64,000 bases of DNA from Azolla caroliniana (taxonomy: Eukaryota; Plantae; Polypodiophyta), in NCBI GenBank assembly GCA_043228905.1, contig JBHGNT010000014.1, positions 17,732,001 to 17,796,000 on the forward strand, in the 5' to 3' direction. The stretch's first letter is position 1, and the number at the start of each line of letters is the position of its first letter. The translations under genes were made by a program, and so were the position numbers. This document shows positions 38,731 through 52,941 of the stretch, in pieces. Under the pieces are notes generated by a model. The model searched no databases, had not been told where the DNA came from, and was given only the letters and a program-made list of their open reading frames with translations.

Positions 38731-41700
38731 AAATAGCATGGCTTAATGGTAAGCCAATTGATTCCTAACTTGGAGGTGCAAGGTTCGAATCCTTCCTTGC
38801 CCTCCTTGTATATATGTATATATATTTATATATCTAGTCGCCGGACGCCGATTCGTCGGATACCGGTGCCTCGCTGGATGCTGTCGCCGGATACAGGTGC
38901 CGCCGCCGGATGCCGTCGGTTACCGGTGCCTCCGCCGGATACCGGTGCCATCGTCGGATACCGATGCCGCCGCCGGATGCCATCGGATGCCGGTGCCTCG
39001 CCGGATGCCAGTGCCGTCGCCGTCGCCGGATTGCCGTCGGATCACCGTCACCAGATCACTGGCTCCATCGCCGGTCCGGTTTTGGTTGGCCAGAACCCTT
39101 TACAAGTAGCCAACCCACCTCCACTCTTAGTTCAAGTTACCTTGAACTCTCTATGCTCCACAGATAGACACAAAGATAATATCTTTTGCTCCACTTTATA
39201 TATGATGAGAGCCGTATTTGTCGTGCCTATGTGGGATATCTCACAATTTTCTCTTTTCCTTTCACAAACTTTATACCCTCATATCTTGACATTTAGTTGT
39301 CCGTTTCTCGTGTAATAAAGTGCATTCGAAACCTCCATCATTTTGTACTTAGATATTAAATTTATTTAAAATGTTATCTTCACAATTATTGTAGTATGTG
39401 ATTCATACTCGATTTCGCACGTTTTATGGGATTTTCACACTATTGCCGAAAATCTTCACGACATCCACCCCCACCAAACCGCACGTTCTCCGGTACGTGC
39501 CAAGAAGAGAGAAAGTGAGATTTCGGCTACGATGATCAATTAGATTCCTCCATGTCTTCATTTACATCTGCCCCATTATGTTCATCGTCGAGGTAATCGA
39601 GGTTAGGATCCTTGTCTTGTCTTTACTTGAAAATCTTTACTCTTTTTCCCGCAATGGGTACAACCAACCTTGATCCGTCTAGTTCCGCAAGGTGGTATGT
39701 GGCATTATCGTTGGCACTTGTCACCACATACGGCCCGAACCATCTTCTTGCGAACTTTCTTGTTGTACTGTGTTGATTGTCAAGGGTGCTGTCGTAAACC
39801 AAAACCCAATCCCCTTCTTCAATCTTCTTGGGACGAAGTCGATGCGTGTTGTCGAACCGAACTTTGTTCTTTACTCGGGTTGCCTTCATCATCTTTCGTG
39901 CTTTTTCTAAATCTTCAGGTCTTCTTTCAAGTTGCCTTATCCGCGTCGCTAATAACTCTTCTCGGCTCATCTCGTTCTCCCACGGTGTCGCTACCCATGA
40001 GGCGATCGTCCTTTCGATGGGCATAATCGGCTTTTGTCCATACATAAGCTCCGTCGGCATATACCCTGTCACCGAGCTATGTGTCGTTCTATCGGCCCAC
40101 AAGGCATAGGGTAATAGTCGTGGCCAATTCCCGACTCGACCGTTGCATGCCCGTACGATGGCTTTAACGATAGGTCCATGCCCTCGCTCGATCTTCCCAT
40201 TTGCTTCCGGATTGTAGGCAGTCGTGAGGGAGAGCTTCACGCCTAGTCTTTCGAAGAGCTCCGTCGCTTCGTGCGCGTCCAATTCCCCTCGGTCGGCCAC
40301 TATCTTCCCTACACATCCATATCGGCAAACAACATCTTCAAGTAAAAATTTACGAACGGCTGAAGTCGTCTTATTTGTCAAGGCTCGTCCTTCCACTTGA
40401 TTTGTCAAGTCTTCCCTTGCCAGCGCTAAGTACTTCATTTGTCCCACTCCGATTGGCATCGAGACCAGATCCACCATCCATTTGAAGTGAATGGTGAGTG
40501 GGTATGTCGGCTTTAACTCATCACGATGACCTATATTTGAATATATTTGGCAAGTTTCACATGTGGACACGAAATGGAGTACATCTTTGTACATGCTTGG
40601 TCACCAGTACTTCTCCTTCAACTTTTCGAACGTCGCCCATGTTCCTCTATGACCTGCCCAAGCACTCTCGTGGAATTCGGTCATCAGCATCTCTTGCTCT
40701 TCTTTCTTTACCACCACTCGACGTGGTATTCTTGTCCTTCTTTTTGGATGTCGCCAAAGGAATCCTCCCTTCAAGAAGTATCGGTAAGCTTTCTTTCGGA
40801 TTCGTAGGGCCTCCTCCTTTGTCAACGAAGCATCTGTCGTCAATGTTCTTAGGAATCTACCGATGAGTAACCATTCTCCTTCGTACTCGTTCTCGTTGAA
40901 GGCGTGGAGGGTTTGCGTGTCCTGGTCTTCCGCCGACAATCGAGCCATCTTGAAGAAGTCGAGGGTGACATCTTCATCTTCTGAAACCATGTTACTTCCA
41001 TTTGAAAATCTTGCCCTCGACAACATGTCAGCCATGGCGTTCTTCTTCCCTACAATGTGACGGATCTCTAGGTTTAAAGAATTGATGTAGGCGATCCACC
41101 TTAGCGGCTTTTTGTTTTTGCTTTTTGCGGCTTCTCTTCTTCCTCGTCCGATTGTTGTCTCTTTCTCTTTACAAGGTCCACGATCGTGTCATGGAACTCC
41201 TTCTTCGTAATGCCAAGAAATTCCCTCAAGGACAAAGTTACGTGGCTATCAAGAACTCGTTCTTCGAGAATCTTCTTTAGGTCCGTCGTCTGCTCTATGT
41301 CCGACCTTAGTTTATAGGTAGGTATAGTTCTTGTCCTCCGAGCGGGGTCTTCGACACCAACCTGCACGGGCCGAACCGTTTCTTCAACTCGTACGCTTGG
41401 CTCCCTTTTTCGGCTTGATTCTCGTTCCTCCGTTTGTAAAGGTCGACTCGTCTCTGTATCGTCTTTCTTTTTGCGTTCCTTGTTTCATGTCTTTTTGATG
41501 GGCCTTGCTCTTCTATTCTCTTTCTCTTTTCTTCGACGAACACCTCGTGGTTGTCGCACATCACCTCTGCGAGTATGGTGTTGTCGTCCACCGGATCCGA
41601 CCACCCGGTTATGCTTTGTACGCTTCGGTCCGCAAGCTCTACCTCGTTCGATGTGACTTTTCCCTTCTTCTCATATTTGAGAACGGAAGTCCAAAACTTT

Positions 41701-43960
41701 GCTCCTGCTCTAGCAGCTTCAATCTTGTCTTTCTCGACTCTTATTCCGGCCGACGCGGCATAGTGCATCGCATCCACATGAGTCGCATCGGCATCCTCCA
41801 TAGATTTCTTCATTCCTCCTCTTCCGAAATTCACCCGTAGGGGTCTTCTAGTCTCGCTTGAGCAGATCATGTTGTCCTCTATGTATACGATATGTTGTCG
41901 AATCGCCTCTCGAAGGCTCGCACAATCCCTTCTCATGTGGTCCATGCTATCGCACCACACGCATCTAAAGGGTTCTTTTCCTTTAGGGCCCCGACGATTC
42001 ATGTTGGCTAGCGTGACCTTCTCGAACTTCTTCGCTAGCTCTTCAATGATGTCGTCATCAATCTTCTTTTCTTCCACGTTACTTTGTCTCAGCGGCTCAG
42101 CTACTTTCGACGGTCTTGCTTTCACCGTGGTAGTCGGTCCCGTCAAGTCGGTGTCATCAACCCATTGGCGACGCTTGTCGAGCCTATTGCATGCCCGCTT
42201 CACCGCGATCCAGTCCGCTACGAGCCCATTTGCTTGGGTATCATCTTCGAGAAGAGTCCCCAACTCCCGTCTATCCTTTATGTCCACGGCCTTCAAGAAG
42301 TACAAAGTCTTGTCCTCTTCAAGCAACACTTGGTCCGTATTGGGGAGACGACTAAACATCTGGTCGATTCGTCGTACACCCTCGAGACGCTCATCTTCTT
42401 ATTCTTCTTCTCTATCCACTTCATCAGGGCATGTCGAGTCATCCTCGTTGAGTATTCAGTCACGAACTCCGCTAGTATCATTTTCTCGAACTCGGACCAT
42501 GTTGTCTTACCTTCTTGAAGCTCGATGACGCGTCTTTGGATGTTGTTGGCGACAACTCTCTTGAAGCTTGCGATTTGACGTGCCTCAGACACGTCCCTCT
42601 GATTCATCTCCTTCTATATGCATCAAGGAACTTCGTAATGTTCCTTCCATCGAATTGGCCCTCGAGCTCTACGACACGATCGACAGCCTTCTCCACGCTC
42701 GCGTCGTTGTCCCGAGATCTCATCATTTGCTCGATGATTAACATCATCCTTTCGAGCTCTCTTGCTTGGTTGCTTGAGGACGCCATCTCCAAGTATTAAT
42801 CTCGACTTGATCCTTCCTACTGCCTCTTTCACGTCGGGTTCACCACTTAATTATGTCGTGAAGATCCGTCACTACGCGCGAATCGTGAGGCGGAACCGCT
42901 GGGGTTCTGGACAGGAAGGATTCAAAGTCGATACAAGCTTTGGCGAGAAAGTACTTAAGATAGATTGGGAAAAAGAGAAGTTGAGATTAAACGATTGAGA
43001 GAGATTGATTGAACTTTTAACTTTAGATTTAAGAAACAAGTTCACCATCAATTTGATAACGAATTTCTTCTTCTTAATTTCATCATAAAAAAAAACCGTG
43101 TTTTTTCTCCTCCCCCTTCTTTTATAGATGCTCTCATGCATATGATGCATGTGAGGGTACAAGACATACATAAATTGCATGTTTGCCATTTGGCGCTTAC
43201 GTATTACATGTGGTGCATGATAACCATGTCACTCAGTTTAGCTCTCATGTATGAGAATTTACATGTAAAAGTACAATGATAGAAATATAATTTCAACTAA
43301 ATAGCATGGCTTAATGGTAAGCCAATTGATTCCTAACTTGGAGGTGCAAGGTTCGAATCCTTCCTTGCCCTCCTTGTATATGTATATATGTATATATATT
43401 TATATATTTATTTATCTAGTCGCCGGACGTCGGTTCGTCAGATGTTGTCGGTTACCGGTGCCTCGTCGGATGCCACCGGTTACTGGTGCCTCGTCGGATG
43501 CTGTCGTCGTCGCTGGATTGCCGTCGGATGCCGGTGTCTCACTGGCGCCTGATCAACGGCTCCATCGCCGGTCGGGTTTTGGTTGGCCAAAACCCTTTAT
43601 GAGTAGCTAGCCCACCTCCACTCTTAGTTCAAGTTACCTTGAACTCTCTATGCTCCACACATAAACACAAAGATAATATCTTTTGCTCCACCTTATATAT
43701 GATGAGAGCCGTATTTGTCGTGCCTATGTGGGATATCTCACAATTTTCTCTTTTCCTTTCACAAACTTTATACCCTCATATCTTGACATTTAGTTGTCCG
43801 TTTCTCGTGTAATAAAGTGCATTCGAAACCTCCATCATTTTGTACTTAGATATTAAATTTATTTAAAATGTTATCTTCACAATTATTGTACTATGTGATT
43901 CATACTCGATTTTGTACGTTTTATGGGATTTTCACACTATTGTCGAAAATCTTCACGACA
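38731..43960 (-). mobile_element. Gypsy 'E2', same family as E1; keeps PBS, gag and integrase, lacks protease, RT and most of RNase H
   Basis: Partial left LTR 38731-39463 and full right LTR 42854-43960. PBS TGGTGAACCCGACGTGAA (42828-42845). Gag with CVWCDSMDHMRRDC ~41105-42790. Junction at ~41101-41105 into an RH end and integrase nearly identical to E1. Confidence 0.92.
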
Positions 43961-44399
43961 GCGTATGGAATTCAGTTGGGCCCTACTCTTGATGAACCAA
44001 TCACATTCGAGTGCGAGTGGGAACAATTGATGTGGAAGTACGTAGAAGGTGTGCGTGATTGTGGTGGAGCTTAGCTTGAGTGTGTAGACGGTTGTGGTGT
44101 TGGACTTATATAGGTGTTGGTGATCACTGAACAACACCTTGATTGGGGGGCTTTTGGAGGTTGAAAGATTGAGGCGATCAACCAGATCTTGGCTGATGGA
44201 AGATATGCTACTACCGGAATCAAAGAGAACTTCCTGTGGGCTATTGAGAACTGCGGGCTAGTTGAATAGCATGAGTGGGTGAGGAAATTTTTATACTGAG
44301 TTCTGTTGATTATGATGCTGCAACATGCTAATCGCCGAGATGGCTGAAGTGGACTGTATGAAGCATTTTTCTTGTTATGAGGATGAGTGAAGATTGTGG

Positions 44400-45009
44400 T
44401 GCCGTCGAAGCATACTATAGAGAGTGGGTGAGGAAAACTTTAGATTAACTGCTTGTGTTAATACAGAATGTTTATGGACAGTGCCAACTTATCAAACAAT
44501 TATGTGGGTTAAAAAAAGACAAAGGCTTCACACGCTTATAACATTGGACAATGGAAGTATGCAAGCCACAATCTTTAAACCAGGGGGACATATAGTTTGC
44601 ATTCAGTATGGAGGCCTTGACAATCTTCACGAGGCATCAAACAAAGAGAAAAACAGAGGGTATTGGGATCTTGAATGGAACATCCCTTGAGGACTCTTGA
44701 TCACCCGAAACGGGTGAAAGAAGATGGCTATTTACAGCCTGCAACATGTTATGGAGATTGAAGGTTCTTGATTGCATAACAAAAGGGTGTAGATTGCATT
44801 TTACCTCGTTTGGTAGACCTTTGTGGAAGCTTTTTATAGAACAATTTTCAGATTGATTGTTTACTTTACTCTATGCTAGAGTCAAAACTTTTCATCAAAA
44901 CTTTTGTTTTTTCAACCAACATCTTATAAAGATGTTTTGGGGAAGTTTTTGTATGTTGTTATGACTTTTCTAAATACTAATGGAAGTATACTTTCTTTTG
45001 AAAAAAAAA
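44400..45009 (+). pseudogene. Poly(A)-tailed retroposed insert containing a rhamnogalacturonan lyase (PL4)-like N-terminal fragment (~44538-44690)
   Basis: A10 tract at 45001-45010. TSD ATTGTGG at 44393-44399 and 45010-45016. LDNGSMQATIFKPGGHIVCIQYGGLDNLHEASNKEKNRGYWDLEWN resembles the plant RG-lyase motif MDNG..QVT.S.P.G.VTGI.YNG.DNLLE..N.E.NRGYWDL.W (recognised from memory). Confidence 0.75.
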
Positions 45010-46474
45010 ATTGTGGCCATGGTCGTGCACACGGGAGAACTTGAGGATGTGGATGCTTGTATGTGCGGGGGTTGTGCTCCCTTCAACACCTTGTGACTCA
45101 GTTTTCCGACAGGTCGGCCCGGTAACTGTTGTCAGCCAACTGTACTTGCACATTCTGCTTCTGTGTGTGGTTGTTCCATTTCCGACAATGTTTCTTCATG
45201 TGCCCATAGTTGTTGCAAAAAAACACTTAGGTCGTCCTTGTGCATCACGTGTTGCCAGGTTCCTTCTTGCTTGTAGTTGAGCATTCTGGATATCGATCTC
45301 CATCGGCGTGGCGTTGCTATTGTACTGCTTCTCAGAATTGACATTGGACGACCAACTCATTTGGAGTTCTGTTTGCGTTGCTGCTTCAATGCGTTGCGCA
45401 ATAAGGATGGCTTCTTGAAATGTTTTGGGGCCTTGGTCGCGCACTCGACGATATATTTCTGGGCGTAGCCGTGGCCATAAGAAGAATAGCTTCATCGATT
45501 CTGGCATTGTTGGATTTGCGCGAGTAAGTAATTGTTGTAATCGGATTGTGAATTGTGTCACTGGCTCATGTTGTTGTTGTTTGATAGTCTCTAGTTGTTG
45601 TAGAGCTGTCTGAGTTGAGTCATGGTGAGCGAAATTCCCGATCATGAGGGATTTAAGTATCGACCAATTGTTCTTGGACTCCTTTGTTTGCTGTATGAAC
45701 CATGTGGCCGCAATGCCCTCCAATAAGGTTCACATCTCTAGTGCTTTTCGTGCTTCGGGCCACTAATGATAGCTTGCCACCATCTCAAAATGAGCCAAGA
45801 AAGGATGTCCTCAGACGACAGACCTGAGAAGGATTTAGGTCGTACTTGTGGATCTGGGTGATTTGTGTGCCTATCTGTCTACGAAGAGAAAAAAGATAGC
45901 ATGGCCTGATTAGTCAAATTTGATTGTATTGCGATGTTAGATACCGTTTGTATTAGTTGATCCATCTGAAAAGTTTGACAATTTTCTTGGTGGTGTTGCA
46001 GAAATTCAAGATTCATGTCGGTGCATTCTGTTGCTCCGTTGTTCTGTATTGGAGATGCCATATGTATGTTGGTTTCGACTTGCTATTGTTGCGTCTTGTT
46101 GTGTTGGGGTAGCGTTGCGGCTTCTTCTTCTTGATGTGGTGGTGTCTAATTTGTTGGAGTAGCGTCTTGTTTTTGCTTCAGTTTTTTCTTAATTTGGTGT
46201 GTTGATTGTTGCCCGTCTTCTCCACCAATGTGTGTAAAATGCCTCAAAACTCTCTCCCCATTTCCATTCCATCTGAATGCCTTTATACAACTTGGTAATA
46301 CATTCCAAGATCCATTCGGTTATCTTGGCACACTTCTAGTTACTTTCCTCTAACTAACCTTTTACTAACTATAGCATAACTAACTAACTCAAGGTTTAAC
46401 TCCCCTAACCCTGGTTATAACCACTTGGGTTAGGTGAGGGGTTTTAGCCTGTGGTTTTACCACGTGACCCCACA

Positions 46475-49020
<2,546 letters not shown>

Positions 49021-49099
49021 CTCTTGTAAGAGCAACATCCATCTAGCCAATCTCCCTATCAGTGATTGTTTTGTTACTAACTACAAAAGAGCCGAGTGA

Positions 49100-49227
49100 T
49101 CGAGATGGAGCGAAGATAGTGCCGAAACTTGGTAATGTTGTAGATCATGCCGAGCGCTTCTCTCTCCGTGGTCGAATAATTTTGTTCGGCAGCTGAGAGA
49201 CATCGACTAGCATAGTAGACTTGCCGG
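49100..49227 (-). pseudogene. Gypsy RNase H fragment; the insertion site of element F
   Basis: [38 protein letters not shown] on the minus strand, cut at 49228. Confidence 0.8.
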
Positions 49228-51826
49228 TGTCGTGAAGAAAACTGGCCTTATGCAAAATCGGTAAAAAAGGGGTATGAACCGGCCCTTACGTGGGGCACAA
49301 GTATTGAGATGGTGTACATAATTAGGAATAGGCCGGCGTGATGTGCATATCCTAGGAAGGGTGTAATAATAAGCTAGTAAATTGAAGCGGATCTCTGTCC
49401 GAAGGGACAGAGAATAAAGGTGATGTGATAGGATGTAACGGTCCCCCCCCGGCGGCCTATAAAAGGGGAGGGGTGAAGACAGAAAAGATATCGCGTTTTG
49501 GTTAGGACGAGGTGCTCTCGAACTAGTAACTGAGCTCTCTCTTCCTCTATCATTGTTTTCTGTAAGTTCTGAGTTGGTTGCCTCTCCTTCGAGGAAAGCC
49601 GTGTGTCTTCCGACAAGGCTCTACTGTGTGTGTGCATGGGTGTGTGGTTGTTTGGGTTGGGTCTGTCGCCAACTATCCGGTTATAATCTTGCAAACAATG
49701 TAACCTTTTTTGTTGTAGGAATCGAATATGTTGTTTTCCCTCTCTCTATGTTTCTGTGAGTCTCTCTTTTACGTGAGTGTACATCTTGTTCAGTTATGCG
49801 TTAGCGGTTCATTCGGCCGGCAAGCGTTGTCAGTGGCAAACGGGCTTAACGGGCCTACACTTGCGCTTCTCTCGCTTGCTCCTCGGTTCAAGGCCCCCAT
49901 GGTCCCGCCTTATTTCCTACGTGAAAGCGGAACAACATGACATAATTTGGTGAACCCGACGTGAAAGAAGGCGACAGAGGAGTCGAAGATGAGGGAATCG
50001 GAGCTCGCTGAGGCCATGGTGGCAACAATCGATCGGATAGTAAGTGCTTGCGAGGGCACGAGCGCCCTCAACAGGGCCATTGAAGCAATTGTCGGCACAA
50101 TAGGCCGGTTCGGAGGGAAGAACGCCACTAGCTATCTGGTGTCCTACCGAGCCGAGATGGTGATGAGAGACATCCCAGAAGACAGGCGGCTGGCCGGATT
50201 CCCTCGGGTGGCAACACCGGGCATTCATGCGGAGGTTCTCGAGGTGCAGGCCGGATGCCGGACCTAGGAAGAGTTCGAGGGGTGGCTGCTCGAAAGGTAC
50301 GGGCTCGATGACGCGCTTCGGTTATCGAAGCAAGATTTCATGGTTTGGGTGGAGACCCCCAAAAAGGGGAGGAATGCGTCGGCGCTTCTCTGGGAGTTTG
50401 AAGAACGATTTGCGCGGCTCTCGGCACTGAACAAAGCCATGCTGGACACGAGACGCGTTTTGTTGTTTGTCAAAGCCATGGACGCGTGGGATCGAGATTA
50501 GGTGGGTCTCCTGCTAGAGACGGATGACGGGTTGACGGCCGACTGGGCCATGGGGAAGAGAGTCTGCGGCCGTTTTGACAAACGACGTGAGTGGGGGGAC
50601 GAGGGATCGTTGGCGGCGAGACCCGTCCCGGCAAGGAAGTTCGATGAGCCTTCGCCGACACGAAAGGAGGAAACCCGGGATTGGCTCGAGACGGGCCTGA
50701 CCTCAACCGACGTGGTCAAGGGCCCACCTGGAGGAGCGACTGTTGAGGAGCTGACACAAATGATGTGTGACCTACAGATCGCGCAGGCCCGGAGAGACAG
50801 TGGAGGACAGTCACACGACCGGAGGCCACCAGTTGGACAATGATGTATGTGGTGCGACGCGGTCGGACACAGCCAGCGAGACTGCGTGGAGTTTGCCGAG
50901 TCCCTTAGGGGTAATGTGGTGTACCTGTGGAACGGACGGGTGCACGCTGGTGATACCCGGAGAGTCGTGGGGACAAATTTCGGGCGCGGCGGGATGAAGC
51001 GGTTAATGGAAGAAGCGGAGGCATGCCATGCAGAGGCCGTCCATTATTCGACATCGGCCGCAATCCGTGTAGGAGGTAACGAAGACCGGAAAACAAATGA
51101 CTCTGGCTTTTGGCCCTTGGTGCTAGAAGGCCTCTCTGGCGCACGACTGAAGAGGGAAGAAGCGGACCGCGTGGAGCAGCGGGTCCGGGAGGTCACCGGG
51201 TGGGACGACCTGGTAGAAGAGAAGACCGGCTTCGTGGAAGCCGCGTGCCAGAACTAGTTCTGGTGGATGATAAGAGGGCAGGGAAGGCCGATGGGGCCAC
51301 GGCCACGAATCGGTACGAAACCCAGTTTGGGCTAAAGAGGAATGATGACGGCAATCCCGACATGGCGTATAGAACAAAGCCGATTGGTTACCGGCTGGGC
51401 ACCGAAATAGAAGGGACGACAGACCTACGGAAGGTCCTCGAGGAGCGGATTCTTGACAACAAGGTGGAGCTCTAGCTGAGGGAGGTGCTTGGGATTGCCA
51501 AGAGAGAGTTCCACGATTCCATCGTGGACTTGGTGAAGCGTAAACGGCTCTCGACGAAGCCGGAGCCGGAGAAGCCGGTGGAGGTGCGAACGACATGCCT
51601 AGAGGACGTGGCCCTTGAAGATGAGTTGGTGGAGAGCCACTATTCGAAGTTGCACTGGGCAAGGGCTACTACGGAAACCCCCGTTTGGGTCGGGGACGTC
51701 CAAGAGCCAGTAGTAGCGCTGATCGACCTCGGGTCGAAGATCAACATGATGTTTATGGACTTCTATAAGAAGGGAAAATGGCCGATCAACACCAAGCACG
51801 GCTGGAAGATACGCGCGGCGACGCGA

Positions 51827-52460
51827 TGTCGTGACGATTTTCAGCTACGGTGTGAAACCGAGTGAGACGAATAAACCAAGGATGTGCAACATTGCACATG
51901 CACTTAGCAAATAAGCCTAAGGCCTAGTGGCACTTGAGTTCATACAGAGGGGTGGAAGCAAGGTTTGAACCTTGCACCTCTAAGATACAAGATGTTTGCC
52001 TTACCACTAGGACAACTATCATATAATATAAATTTTATGTATTTCCTTTTCATATACGAATTATAGACGAAACAACCATAGAAAACCATGTGCACAAAAC
52101 CATGGTTCTAAACCCATGGATTGTGCATGTCATAAGCAAAACCGTGTCCCCAAAACCATGGTTCTAAACCCATGGTTTTGTGCATGAAGAGAGCTATAAA
52201 AACCCTAGTGGAGCTTGTGTAAAGGGGGGCTCAATATGTGATATCACCAGCACCACTATCATCAATATAATTATATTTGTCTTTATCTTCTTCATATTTT
52301 TCTACTTCTTAAGTGTACAATCTTTCTTCTTCTCAAGTGAACAAATTTCATCCAATCTTACATTGATCGTCATCTCTTCGATAATTCCGCGAACGTCCTC
52401 CCCAGTCCAAGACCCCGGTGGTCGCTCGAGTAGCACACGCATGCGCGGATCTTCGCGACA
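51827..52460 (+). mobile_element. Solo LTR (634 bp) of an E-related family, inserted in the protease region of F
   Basis: Termini TGTCGTGACGAT...ATCTTCGCGACA. Degenerate 4-bp TSD GCGA/GCAC. F frame KIRAAT|.TTEELHGA rejoins on removal. Shares the tRNA-like module and a CCGGGG..TGGAC motif with the E LTR. Confidence 0.85.
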
Positions 52461-52941
52461 GCACACCACGGAGGAGCTACACGGGGCCTGATTGAATGTA
52501 CGTGTGAAAATCGGCGATGTCGAGATTGATCAACACTTCTTTGTGCAGGAGACATCCTCGCACTTGGTGATACTCGGCGAACCATACATTACGGCGGCAC
52601 ACATGGAGACAAAGGTGCTGGATAATGGTTCGGCATACGCACGCGTGAAAAGCCAAGATGGGCAACACTCCGTCCAAATTTTGACGATGCGACCGAACCA
52701 TGAGCGTAACCGCGAGACCCGACGATCGTGGTGGGTTTAGAGAGGGCTATCAAGGCGTGGGGCCGTGATAGTCCGGACTCTCCAGCAGAACCCCACAAGT
52801 GTACTATAGGTAGGAAGTTTTGGGTCTCTAACAATGGAGGTTGTATGATAGCCGGCGTTGGTGGCCGAGAGAAGAAAAGGGCCGAGGAACGTTTCAAGAG
52901 CGCGGAGTCCTCCGCCCTGACGAAGAAATTAGCAGCGCCGT

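Larger units (their letters stand above)
26089..46474 (-). mobile_element. Gypsy LTR retrotransposon 'C' with 242-bp LTRs (26089-26330 and 46233-46474), degenerate, host to several nested insertions
   Basis: LTRs differ at ~6 sites. TSD ATAT within microsatellite. PBS TGGTGGAGAAGACGGGC (46211-46227, tRNA-Ala-like). PPT at 26331-26341. Gag with CCHC knuckle 45190-45850, protease LFDSGS ~44210, RT C-part 28230-28583, RNase H LQTDAS...NYSTTEKE 27750-28235, integrase 26300-27690. Confidence 0.92.

Noticed and set aside
30968-39315. Recurrent ORF ending ...YPHILTFSCPFLV (30968, 34715, 38746)
   Set aside because: It recurs only because it lies in LTR copies. Start and frame vary with the minisatellite, and the 43314 copy is broken.
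49265-49285. B-box-like GGTTCATACCC on the minus strand of F LTRs
   Set aside because: No matching A box, and it is not retained in the related G LTR.
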